Notes under the pieces: generated by a model
The model's database searches: none
The model's input: the letters and a program-made list of their open reading frames with translations, nothing else
Told to the model about the DNA's origin: nothing
Made by a program: the position numbers and the translations under genes
NCBI GenBank assembly: GCA_965223325.1
Contig: CBDCWI010000002.1
Location: 4,482,095 to 4,546,094 of the forward strand
Length of the DNA: 64,000 bases
Direction of reading: 5' to 3'
Origin: Candidatus Multivoradales bacterium
GTDB lineage: Bacteria > Acidobacteriota > Thermoanaerobaculia > Multivoradales > Multivoraceae
Shown: piece after piece, positions 18,308 through 27,852 of the stretch
How the letters are laid out: each line of letters opens with the position of its first letter
Position numbering within the stretch: position 1 is the first letter of the stretch

Positions 18308-21300
18308 ATGCTCCCTTCGATCCTTGCTGGCCAGATTCGGGCCACGGTGCTCGACTACCTGACGACGACGTTCGGTCTTTCCGACCGAGCGTTCGAGGAG
18401 AGCCTCGTAGAGTTTCTGGACGGCGAGTCGGGTTTGTTCCGCGGGCCGTACTACGAAGTGCGGTTGCCGTTTCGGCGAGAGAGCCATGCAGCGAACACGC
18501 CGCTCGAAGTGCACCCACCCTTTCAGCCCTATCGCCATCAGGCACTCGCCTTCGATCGGCTGACGTCGGCGGGCGGTCACCAGCCGCAACACACACTGAT
18601 CGTGACCGGTACCGGTTCTGGCAAGACGGAGTGTTTTCTCTACCCGATCCTCGATCACTGCCTGCGCCATAAGGACGAGCCGGGGATCAAGGCGATCCTG
18701 CTCTATCCGATGAACGCGTTGGCTTCGGATCAGGCGCATCGCCTGGCGGAGCTGATTCACACCGATGAACGGCTGCGCGGTTCGGTGACCGCGGGAATGT
18801 ACGTTGGGCAGAAGGGGCGCTATGGCGTGATGGGGCCGGATCACCTCGTGGATCAGCGTGCGGCTCTGCGCGACGACCCTCCCGACATCCTGTTGACGAA
18901 CTACCGGATGCTCGACTTCCTGCTTCTGCGCCCCGAGGACGCGCGTCTCTGGCGGCACAACGGCGAGGAAACGTTGCGCTACCTGGTGCTCGATGAGCTG
19001 CACACCTACGACGGCGCCCAGGGAACTGACGTCGCGTTCCTGCTGCGTCGTCTTCGTCGTCGCCTGCAGTGTGCGAAGGGTGCCGTGTGCTGCGTGGGGA
19101 CGTCGGCAACCATTGCGGGTGAGAGTGCGGAGGGCGCGGGCTCTGCGCATGAGCCGCTGATCGAGTTCGCCAGGACGCTGTTTGACGACTATTTCGCGCG
19201 CGACGCGGTGGTGACCGAGGACCGCTCGAGTGCGGTGGAGGTGTTGGGGACCGAGCAGGATCTCGATCGTTTTCCTGAGAGCTCGGCGGGCGGCTCTTTG
19301 CAGCAGCTTCTGCCGTCGTCCTACGACGACTCAGAGCAGTGGCTGGCGGCGCAGGCCGCGGAGTGGCTTGGAGATGACGTATCTGTCGAAGACGTGGTGT
19401 CGCTGGGTGAGCGGCTGTCGCGTCATCCGCTGCTTCATCTTCTGGTGCGCTCGCTCGAGAGCGGGTCGTTGTCGTTCGAGGCGCTGGACCGGGAGCTGGC
19501 GCGGTGGAGTGAACCGTGGAGTGCCATTCCCGCGGAGTGGCGGCGCCCGGCGCTCGATTCGTTCCTGGCAGTGGTGTCGACGGCGCGGACGCGGGAAGGT
19601 GCCTCTTCAGAATCGGAACGGACGCAGCCGTTCCTGACGGTCCAGGTGCATCTCTGGGTGCGCGAGCTCAGCCGGCTGTTGCAATTGGTGACAGCCGACG
19701 AGGAGCGGGTTTTTCGGTTCGACTCCGATCCAGACCCTCAGGCGAGCCTGCACAAGACGCGGCACTGGCTTCCCCTGGTGTGGTGCCGCGAGTGCGGGTC
19801 GCACGGTCTTGCCTCTGCCGAGCAGATCGGCACGCCGGCGCTCGAGAGCGCGGCACCCCAGATCAACAAGAGCTGGTTGGACGGCAAATCGAGTGCTCTG
19901 GCGCTGTTCGAGGCGCGCGGCGGCGAGGCGGTTCCCGGTACCCAGACCCGGCTCTTGTGCCCGACGTGCCTTTCGCTTGCCGATGATCGGTCAGGAAAAG
20001 GCGAAGCGGGCGCCAGTTGCCAGTGTTGGTCACGCGACGGTGGAGCCAAGCGCCGGGTCCTGATCTCCTCGGCGGGGGCGGATTCCTCGTCGGGCAACGG
20101 ACGCACGAAGAGCAGCCGCGGTGAGGGTGGCAAGAAGGTGTTCTCGAGAGCCTGCCCGATGTGTGAGTCGAAAGATGCCCTGGTGATGATGGGCTCGCGA
20201 GCGGCGACCCTGCTCTCCGTGACGGTGAGCCAACTGCTCTCGTCTGAGCACAATCAGGATCGCAAGCTGCTCGCCTTCACCGATTCGGTCCAGGACGCTT
20301 CGCACCGGGCGGGCTTCTTCGGCGCGCGGACCTACACGTTCAACCTGCGTTCGGCGATTCAGGGAACCATCGCGGGCTGGGAGGAAGCAAAGAGCGCGCC
20401 GTTGCCGCTTGCCGATTGCGCTTCCGCGATGCTCGAACATTGGACAACCCGGGTGGAGCCGGCGTTTCTCTACGCTGCCTTGCTGCCGCCGGATCTCCTG
20501 GGGCTCAACGAGTGGCAGCGGGTTCTCGAAGCCTGGCGTGAGCTGAGCGAGCTTTCGAGCGAGGAGAGAATGGAGCGGCGGGAGGCAGTACAAGTTCCGG
20601 CGTTTCTCGACATTCTCGAACCGCGCCTTCAGTGGGAGGTGCAGCGGGAGCTGGGGCTGGATTCGCGGACGGGCCGTACGCTCGAGTGGGCAGGATGCAC
20701 GGCACTCGGGTTCGATGCCGAGCGTCTGAAACGTGCGGCCGAGCGGCTCTGTCTCGAGGTCGAGGAGGAGAGCTGGTTTGGCGACCGGGGAGCGGGTGCC
20801 CTTCCGAGCAGCGAGGCCATGCAGCATCTACTGCTTGGTTTGTTGCACCGCATGCGCCAGCGCGGTGCGCTCGACCACCCGTGGCTGCGGCCGTTCTTCG
20901 AATGGGGCGGTGCGCGCTATCTCCTCAGTCGCAAGCGCCAGCCGTATCTTTCGCCGTTTCCGGATCGCGCCGTTCTGCCGCGCATGCTGGTGGAAGGAAA
21001 GCACAAGGTCTTCGACCAGGTCGACAGCCCACATGCCTACACCTGGCTAAGGTATTGGGCGGCGCGCTGTCTCGAGGTCGATGCTTCGGGCCCCGGCGCG
21101 AGCGATTTCTGGCGGATGGCGCTCCGCATCCTGGCTACCGAAGGGCTCGCTTTGGAGGTCACTACCGAGACTCGTTCAGGGGCTACGCAGCAGCGAGGGT
21201 GGACCCTCGCACCGGCCGCTGCCTGGGTGACCACCGGGACGCGGCGGCTCGTCTGTGACGACGCTAGTTGCCAGCGGGAACGGATGCTGGCTGATGAGGA

Positions 21301-24300
21301 AGCGAAGCTCTTCCTTGGCCGGCCGTGCCCCTACTACCGCTGCTCGGGTGTGCTGCGGGCAAGCACTGAGGTTTCGCCGAGGGCCAAGGCGCGTCACGAC
21401 TACTACCAGAGGCTCTACGCCGCAGACCATCTCGAGCGTGTGGTGTGTGCCGAGCACACCGGTCTTCTGGCGCGCAAAGACCGGGAAGACCTGGAGGCCG
21501 CGTTTCGGGCCGGCAAGGTTCCTGGCGCACCGAATGTGTTGGTTTGCACGCCGACGCTCGAGATGGGAATCGACATCGGCGACCTGTCGGCGACGCTTCT
21601 GTGCTCGGTACCGCCAACCCCTGCCAGCTACCTGCAGCGGTTGGGGCGCGCGGGCCGTAAGACTGGCAACGCCTTGTCGGTGACCATGGCGGCGTCGCGG
21701 CCGCATGACCTGTACTTCCACAACGAGCCGCTGTCGATGCTTCGTGGCCAGGTGCTGCCGCCCGGGGCGTACCTCGAGGCGCCCGAGATGCTGATTCGCC
21801 AGTTCGCCGCGTTCTCGATGGATCAATGGGCACGGGACCGTGCAGAGGCTGGCGACCGCGAGCCCTTGCCGCATCAGATGGGGCTCGTCCTCGCGGAGAA
21901 GAAGGACGCGGACCGGTTCTTTCCCGACACCTTCGAGGCGTTCTACGAGGAACAGTTCGAGAGGCTGTGGGAAGAGTTCAGTGTCGGCTTCTGCCCGCCC
22001 GATGAGGAGGCGAGAGCTGAGATGCGCGCCTCCCTGGTGACCGATTCGGTCCCGGCGCGCTTCCGTGCCGCCTTCAAGGAGGTCGCGGACGAGCTCGCCG
22101 AGCTACAGAGCATCGCGCGTCGAACGCGGCTGCGTGCCAAGAAGATCGAGGCCGATCCCACCATCTCGGAAGCGCCAGAGGAAGAGCAGAAGGAACTGGC
22201 CGATACGGGCAGGGTGCTTGGGCGGCTGATGAAAGAACTGCGCAAGAAGTATCCGCTCCAGGTGCTCACCGATGCCGGGACATTGCCGAACTATGCCTTT
22301 CCGGAGCGCGGTGTTTCGTTTGAGTCGGTGGTGCGAAAAGAGCGCACGAGCAAGGCGGGCGGCAAGGAGCAGAAGGGGTCTTCTGACTTTCAGAAACGGG
22401 AGTATGTGCGCCCGGCGCATGCGGCGATTCGGGAACTCGCGCCGCACAACACGTTCTACGCCGAAGGACTGCGGGTTCGGATCGACCAGATCGACATCGG
22501 CACACAAGCTCAGCCGCTCTTCGAGTACTGGCGCTTCTGTCCCGACTGCTCGCACTCCGAGCGCGAGCTCGATGAAGCCGAGGGCGGCGGCGTGGTCGAG
22601 GCGCGCTGTCCGCACTGTAAACACGAGGGTTGGGCGGATTCTGGCCAGCGGCGCGTGGTGGTGCCGTTTCGGCGAGCGCGGGCCCTTTCGAAGCTGGCCG
22701 AGGCAACGGCCGCGGTGTCCAAGGAAGACCGGGAGCGTAAGTACTACGAAGTGGCGCGGCTGGTCGATGTGGGGCCGCACAACGCCCTGGGTGGCTACAC
22801 GTTTCCGAAGCTGCCCTTCGGCTGGGAGCGCCTGCAGCATGTGCCACTCTCTGAGGTGAACTTCGGTGTGCAGCGCAACGCCTCCGAGCAGTCGTTTCGG
22901 GTGGCCGACCGGCCGATTCACGAGACCGGCTTTCCGGTGTGCGCGCGCTGCGGCCATGTGCGTGGCGGTGGCGACGACGAAGAGAAGCGAGATCAGCGGC
23001 ACACGCCCTGGTGCCCTGGCCGCCGTGAGGGTGCAAAGGAGAACTTCGTCGATGTTTCGCTCTACCGCCAGATCGAGTCTGAGGCGTTGCGCATTCTGCT
23101 TCCGGTTGCAACGCAGGATGTCGAGCGCAAGCGGGCGTCTTTCAAGGCGGCTTTGCAGCTCGGCATCCGTCGCATGCTCGGGGGCCAGGCGAGCCATCTC
23201 GAGCTCACCGAGAGCGACGAACCGGCGAACCGGTTAGAAGGCGGGGGCGCTCGCCGGCGCTACGTTCTTCTCTACGACAGGGTGCCCGGCGGGACCGGCC
23301 AGCTGGCGCATATCGCCGAGCCCGAGACCTTCGAAAAGCTTCTACGGGTTGCACACCGGGCGCTCACCACGTGCGAGTGCCAGCGCGGCGAGTCCGAGCG
23401 CGATGGTTGCTATCTCTGCCTGTTTGCCTATCAGGTGCAGCGTGACCTGCCAATTCTCTCGTCGCATGCCGCGCGCGAGATGATCGATCAGGTTCTCGAA
23501 CAGTTCGAGGGCGGCGAGCTGACGCCTACGGATTCGCTTTCGAACGCTTCGATTGATGATCTGATCGAGAGTGAACTGGAGGCGAAGTTCCTCGAGGTGC
23601 TCGAACGCTACGCACACAAGCGCGGTACCGAGCTCGAGCGTTCGATCCAGGGTGGCAGGCCGCGGTGGATCCTGCGCTTGCCTGGCGGTGTTGGCGCCGA
23701 TGGCAGGGAGACCCCGGGGCGCAGTTGGGTCGTGCGCCAACAGGTGGACATTGGTTCGAGGGAGGGCGTCGACCGCGCCTCGCGCCCGGATTTTGTGATT
23801 GCGCCGCGCGACGGCGACCCTTCTGTGCTGCCGATCGCAGTGTTCTGTGACGGTGCGGCTTTCCATGTCACGCCGGAACGGGAGACCGGGGTGATCGCGG
23901 CCGATGTCGCGAAGCGCCGCGCACTGATTGAGAGTGAGCGCTATCGCGTGTGGTCGTTGACCTGGGGTGATCTCGAGGCTTGGATCCGAGACGAAGATAC
24001 AGCGGTGCGGGACGCGTTCAGCGAGCCGAGCCGCAGTGTCCTCGGCCACTTGTGGGACCAGAGGGCCGCCGGGCCGCTCAAGCAAGGTCTCTTGACCAGG
24101 GGGAGCGCGAGCCTCTTGTTTGCACACTTGGAGCATCCAGACGCGGCTCACTGGTCGGCGGTTGCAGAGGCCACGGTTGCGGCATGGGCGTTGTCGGGCC
24201 CGTTCCTCGAGGCGAGCGACGCCGCGGAAATGCGTGAGCGCCTGATTTCCGATGGGGCCGATGTGGGGGGCTTTCTGGTTGCGGTGCACAAGAAGCCGGA

Positions 24301-24946
24301 TGCCGAGGCCCCGTGGGTGTCACGAGGCCATGTTGGGCAGCACGCTCTGACGTTCGCGCGAGTGCCAACCTCCTCGGTGCACGGTGGTGTCAGCGCGGGT
24401 GCTGAGATCGCGGCGCGACTTCTCGATCATCAGAACCACCGTCAGAGTCGCGGTTTTGTGGCCTGGTGGCGCTCGTTCCTGTGGGCCTGGAACCTGCTGC
24501 AGTTTCAGGGCTCGGCGCGTTTTGTCTCGAGCGAGTTTGTGGAGACGGAAGGGCCGGTGTCGGGTGTCGCCCAACCGGTGGAAGTGGCACAGCTGGTCGC
24601 CGAGCCCGCTTCGTTGGCCGTTTCGGTGACAACGGACGTCGCCGCTTCACCGGATGCTGAGCTCGAGGAGCTGCTCGAGATTGCCACCAGTTGGAGTGCG
24701 CCGGTGATTCGGGAGGCGTTCGAGCGCGGTCTGCCGCTGCCTGAGGTGGGCTGGGTTCTGGAAGGCTCGAGTGCGCACGAGGCGGATATCGCCTGGCCCG
24801 AACAGCGGCTGGTGGTGCTTGCCGAGTCGCAGGCTGGTTCGCGCGGTGCTTTCGAGGGTGCCGGTTTCCTGGTGTTTGAATACCCTGTTGATCGCGGTGA
24901 GCTGCTTGGTGCGCTCGCCGAGCGCTCGGCCGTCGTTCAGGTCTGA
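18308..24946 (+). CDS. Giant YprA-like DEAD/DEAH helicase with DUF1998 and C-terminal nuclease-like domains (~2212 aa)
   Basis: TGTGSGKTE, YPMNALASDQ, LDELHTY, TSAT, TPTLEMGIDIG, QRLGRAGR; many CxxC pairs; DUF1998 YDRVPGGTG...CEC...DGCYLC; RPDF...FCDGAAFH...VWSLTW (Vsr/DUF559-like). Confidence 0.92.
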   Translation: MLPSILAGQIRATVLDYLTTTFGLSDRAFEESLVEFLDGESGLFRGPYYEVRLPFRRESHAANTPLEVHPPFQPYRHQALAFDRLTSAGGHQPQHTLIVTGTGSGKTECFLYPILDHCLRHKDEPGIKAILLYPMNALASDQAHRLAELIHTDERLRGSVTAGMYVGQKGRYGVMGPDHLVDQRAALRDDPPDILLTNYRMLDFLLLRPEDARLWRHNGEETLRYLVLDELHTYDGAQGTDVAFLLRRLRRRLQCAKGAVCCVGTSATIAGESAEGAGSAHEPLIEFARTLFDDYFARDAVVTEDRSSAVEVLGTEQDLDRFPESSAGGSLQQLLPSSYDDSEQWLAAQAAEWLGDDVSVEDVVSLGERLSRHPLLHLLVRSLESGSLSFEALDRELARWSEPWSAIPAEWRRPALDSFLAVVSTARTREGASSESERTQPFLTVQVHLWVRELSRLLQLVTADEERVFRFDSDPDPQASLHKTRHWLPLVWCRECGSHGLASAEQIGTPALESAAPQINKSWLDGKSSALALFEARGGEAVPGTQTRLLCPTCLSLADDRSGKGEAGASCQCWSRDGGAKRRVLISSAGADSSSGNGRTKSSRGEGGKKVFSRACPMCESKDALVMMGSRAATLLSVTVSQLLSSEHNQDRKLLAFTDSVQDASHRAGFFGARTYTFNLRSAIQGTIAGWEEAKSAPLPLADCASAMLEHWTTRVEPAFLYAALLPPDLLGLNEWQRVLEAWRELSELSSEERMERREAVQVPAFLDILEPRLQWEVQRELGLDSRTGRTLEWAGCTALGFDAERLKRAAERLCLEVEEESWFGDRGAGALPSSEAMQHLLLGLLHRMRQRGALDHPWLRPFFEWGGARYLLSRKRQPYLSPFPDRAVLPRMLVEGKHKVFDQVDSPHAYTWLRYWAARCLEVDASGPGASDFWRMALRILATEGLALEVTTETRSGATQQRGWTLAPAAAWVTTGTRRLVCDDASCQRERMLADEEAKLFLGRPCPYYRCSGVLRASTEVSPRAKARHDYYQRLYAADHLERVVCAEHTGLLARKDREDLEAAFRAGKVPGAPNVLVCTPTLEMGIDIGDLSATLLCSVPPTPASYLQRLGRAGRKTGNALSVTMAASRPHDLYFHNEPLSMLRGQVLPPGAYLEAPEMLIRQFAAFSMDQWARDRAEAGDREPLPHQMGLVLAEKKDADRFFPDTFEAFYEEQFERLWEEFSVGFCPPDEEARAEMRASLVTDSVPARFRAAFKEVADELAELQSIARRTRLRAKKIEADPTISEAPEEEQKELADTGRVLGRLMKELRKKYPLQVLTDAGTLPNYAFPERGVSFESVVRKERTSKAGGKEQKGSSDFQKREYVRPAHAAIRELAPHNTFYAEGLRVRIDQIDIGTQAQPLFEYWRFCPDCSHSERELDEAEGGGVVEARCPHCKHEGWADSGQRRVVVPFRRARALSKLAEATAAVSKEDRERKYYEVARLVDVGPHNALGGYTFPKLPFGWERLQHVPLSEVNFGVQRNASEQSFRVADRPIHETGFPVCARCGHVRGGGDDEEKRDQRHTPWCPGRREGAKENFVDVSLYRQIESEALRILLPVATQDVERKRASFKAALQLGIRRMLGGQASHLELTESDEPANRLEGGGARRRYVLLYDRVPGGTGQLAHIAEPETFEKLLRVAHRALTTCECQRGESERDGCYLCLFAYQVQRDLPILSSHAAREMIDQVLEQFEGGELTPTDSLSNASIDDLIESELEAKFLEVLERYAHKRGTELERSIQGGRPRWILRLPGGVGADGRETPGRSWVVRQQVDIGSREGVDRASRPDFVIAPRDGDPSVLPIAVFCDGAAFHVTPERETGVIAADVAKRRALIESERYRVWSLTWGDLEAWIRDEDTAVRDAFSEPSRSVLGHLWDQRAAGPLKQGLLTRGSASLLFAHLEHPDAAHWSAVAEATVAAWALSGPFLEASDAAEMRERLISDGADVGGFLVAVHKKPDAEAPWVSRGHVGQHALTFARVPTSSVHGGVSAGAEIAARLLDHQNHRQSRGFVAWWRSFLWAWNLLQFQGSARFVSSEFVETEGPVSGVAQPVEVAQLVAEPASLAVSVTTDVAASPDAELEELLEIATSWSAPVIREAFERGLPLPEVGWVLEGSSAHEADIAWPEQRLVVLAESQAGSRGAFEGAGFLVFEYPVDRGELLGALAERSAVVQV

Positions 24947-24963
24947 GGAAACCGAGAGCCGTC

Positions 24964-27105
24964 ATGCCACAACTCGCCGTATCGAAGGACTTCATGAAGG
25001 CGTTTGCTGCCCTTCCCAAGGCGCAGCAGAACAAGGTTCGGCTCTTTACCGACAAGTTCAAGCAAGACCCCACGCAATCAGGGATCAACTTCGAGCGCAT
25101 CGAAGGCGCCGCCGACGACAAGGTGCGCAGCGTTCGTATCGACCAGGCCTATCGCGCAATCCTCGTTCACCCGCCGCGTGGCGACGTGTACCTGCTGGCC
25201 TGGGTGGATCACCATGATGATGCCTACGCCTGGGCGCGGAACCGTCGGTTCGAAGTGCACCCGCGCTCCGGTGTGCTGCAGATCTTCTCGGTTGTGGAGG
25301 CCGAGGCGGCTGCCGGTGCAGGCGAAGGAGTCGTGGCGGCGGATGGTTCGGAGCACCAGCGCTTTTTGTTCGGTGAGCACGATGACGAGGAGCTCCTTCT
25401 GGCTGGCGTTCCCGCGCCTCTTCTGCCCGCTGTGCGCGCGGTGATTACCGAAGACGACCTGGGGCGCCTTCTCGGACACCTTCCTGAGGAGTCGGCGGAG
25501 ATTCTCATTCACCTCGCGGCTGGCGAAGACATCCTGCAGGCGATCGAGTCGGTGGGGCGCGAAGAGGCGGCGGCGCCGATCGATACCGACGACTTCGAGA
25601 GTGCCCTCGAGCGGCCATCGTCGAGGCGGCAGTTTGTGGTTCCGGCGAGCGAAGAGGAGCTGGTCGCGATGCTCGAAGCGCCGCTCCTCGAGTGGCGCGT
25701 CTTCCTACATCCGAGTCAGCGGGCGTTTGTCACCATGGATGCCAAGGGGCCGGTGCGGATTCTTGGCGGCGCCGGTACGGGCAAGACCGTCGTGCTTCTT
25801 CACCGTGCGCGGTATCTGGCGCGGCATGTATGGAACGGCGAGCAGGATCGAATCCTCGTGACCACCTTTACCCGCAACCTGGCGGCGGATCTCAGTCAAC
25901 AGCTCGATGTGCTTTGCGGCGAGGAGCGTCGGCGCATCGAGGTTGCGAACCTCGACAGCTGGGCGGTGGGCTTTCTGCGGCGCAACGGTGCGGACGTTGC
26001 GATCGTCAAGGAGAAAGAGGCGCGTGAGCTGTTGCAGCGGGCCGTCGACGAAGAGGCCCACCCGGATCTGAACCTGCCGATCGGCTTCTATCAAGACGAG
26101 TGGGAGCATGTGATCCAGGCTCAAGACCTGGGAGATCGTGACCACTACTTGACGGCTGCTCGCACCGGACGGGGTACCCCGCTCGATCGCAGGAAGCGCG
26201 CCAGGGTGTGGAAGGTTCTCGCGCGCTATCGCCAACTGCTCGAGGAGGGCAAGCTCCTCGACTGGAACGATGTCGCTCGCGAGGCCCGCCTGCTCATCGC
26301 CGGTGGAGCTTCGACGCGCGGTGTCGACGCAGGCCTGCGGGCGGTGCTGGCGGATGAGGTTCAGGATTTCGGGCCGCCGAAGCTTCGGTTGCTGCGCGCG
26401 TTGGCGCCAGAGGAGAACAACAGCCTCTTCCTGGTCGGCGACGCCCACCAGCGGATCTATGGACGGCCGTACCCGCTCAGCCGTTGTGGCATCGAGATTC
26501 GCGGGCGCGCGAAACGGTTGAAGCTCAACTACCGGACCACAGCGCAGATTCGTGCGCGCGCCGTTTCGATTCTCGAGGGCGCCGAGATCGACGACCTGGA
26601 CGAGGGAAATGACACCTTGGACGGCTACCTTTCCCTGCGCCAGGGGCCTCTACCCGAGGTCAGGCACTTCGCCAAGGCGGTGCAGGAGGAGAAGGCGATT
26701 CTCGAGACGCTGCGTGAATGGATCGAAAAGGACTGTGTCGATCCGCGCTCGATCTGCCTGTGCGCCAGAACTCGCCAAGAACTCGACAGTCGCTACGCCG
26801 TGATGCTGAAAGAGGCGGGAATCGACCAGGTGCGCCTGGACTCGGAATCTTCCCCCGAAGACGACCGGGTGGGGGTGAGAACCGCGACCCTTCATCGCCT
26901 CAAGGGCCTGGAGTTCGAGCGGCTGATTGTTGCCGGGATCGACGATGAGTCGATGCCGCTCCGCCTGAACCACTCAGGTCTCGATGAAGGAGAGCTCGTC
27001 GCGCATGATCTCAAGGAGCGCTGCCTCTTGTACGTCGCGACGTCGAGGGCGCGCGACATGCTGATGGTGACGGGTTATGGGAAGCCGAGTCGGTTCTTGA
27101 CTTGA
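24964..27105 (+). CDS. UvrD-like SF1 helicase with N-terminal RelE-like domain (713 aa)
   Basis: GGAGTGKT, ADEVQD, VGDAHQRIY, LNYRT, KGLEF, LYVATSRAR; N-terminus SVRIDQAYRAIL...WVDHHDDAY. Confidence 0.9.
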   Translation: MPQLAVSKDFMKAFAALPKAQQNKVRLFTDKFKQDPTQSGINFERIEGAADDKVRSVRIDQAYRAILVHPPRGDVYLLAWVDHHDDAYAWARNRRFEVHPRSGVLQIFSVVEAEAAAGAGEGVVAADGSEHQRFLFGEHDDEELLLAGVPAPLLPAVRAVITEDDLGRLLGHLPEESAEILIHLAAGEDILQAIESVGREEAAAPIDTDDFESALERPSSRRQFVVPASEEELVAMLEAPLLEWRVFLHPSQRAFVTMDAKGPVRILGGAGTGKTVVLLHRARYLARHVWNGEQDRILVTTFTRNLAADLSQQLDVLCGEERRRIEVANLDSWAVGFLRRNGADVAIVKEKEARELLQRAVDEEAHPDLNLPIGFYQDEWEHVIQAQDLGDRDHYLTAARTGRGTPLDRRKRARVWKVLARYRQLLEEGKLLDWNDVAREARLLIAGGASTRGVDAGLRAVLADEVQDFGPPKLRLLRALAPEENNSLFLVGDAHQRIYGRPYPLSRCGIEIRGRAKRLKLNYRTTAQIRARAVSILEGAEIDDLDEGNDTLDGYLSLRQGPLPEVRHFAKAVQEEKAILETLREWIEKDCVDPRSICLCARTRQELDSRYAVMLKEAGIDQVRLDSESSPEDDRVGVRTATLHRLKGLEFERLIVAGIDDESMPLRLNHSGLDEGELVAHDLKERCLLYVATSRARDMLMVTGYGKPSRFLT

Positions 27106-27115
27106 GCGGGATCAG

Positions 27116-27547
27116 CTACTCAACTCCCCAGTTCGGCCCCAGCTCTCCCCGAGCGTAGTCGCAGAGGTCGTAGGGGGGTTCGTCCTTCGCGCGCCACACC
27201 CAGACGTCGCCGCTGGCGTTGTACTCCAGCATTTTGCCGGTGAGAGCGATACCACTCAGCATGAGGAGCGGAAGGATGGCGGCGGCGGCACGCTGGAGGA
27301 GTGTGGGTGTTGTGAGGGGGCGAAAGAGACACCACGCTGCGAGTAGGCCTGAGATGACGACGCTGGTGATGAGGGCGCCGTGGTAGGTGGCGAGGGTTTC
27401 CGGTGCCAGGGAAGTGGCGCCGTTCTCGACGACTCGACCGCCGACGTTCTGGAGATACAGGGCGGCCGCGGCGTGGAGGGCGAGGATTGCGAAGGCGGTT
27501 GCGGTGGTGAAGCGGGCCCTCCGGTTTGGTGTCGAGGGTGGGTTCAT
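27116..27547 (-). CDS. Hypothetical membrane protein (three hydrophobic helices, 143 aa)
   Basis: Three hydrophobic segments; GGAGG RBS; ATG overlaps an upstream stop (ATGA). Confidence 0.65.
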   Translation of the reverse strand: MNPPSTPNRRARFTTATAFAILALHAAAALYLQNVGGRVVENGATSLAPETLATYHGALITSVVISGLLAAWCLFRPLTTPTLLQRAAAAILPLLMLSGIALTGKMLEYNASGDVWVWRAKDEPPYDLCDYARGELGPNWGVE

Positions 27548-27852
27548 TCGTCGCCTCCTGGGGCGTCGGTGTCCTGGTTGGTTCGTGGGGCAAGGTCAAC
27601 CCAGCGCCCGGGCATCCACTTGAAGGGGATGAACGGCTCGCCCGGTTGCCTGCGGTTGAAGAGGTTGCCATCCCAACCGTACACAGGGAGGTTGCAGGTC
27701 GAACAGGGCGTGACTCTCGGCCGTTTCGTAGCTATCGGGGGTTCTGCGAGGTGTGGCGTGGAGGCCTGGATTTGGGATCTGGAGTCCGCGGCGTCCGGGC
27801 TATTGAAGCTTGCTTGGCCTCTTCGTCGGGAGCTCCGTTGATAGAATTTGGG

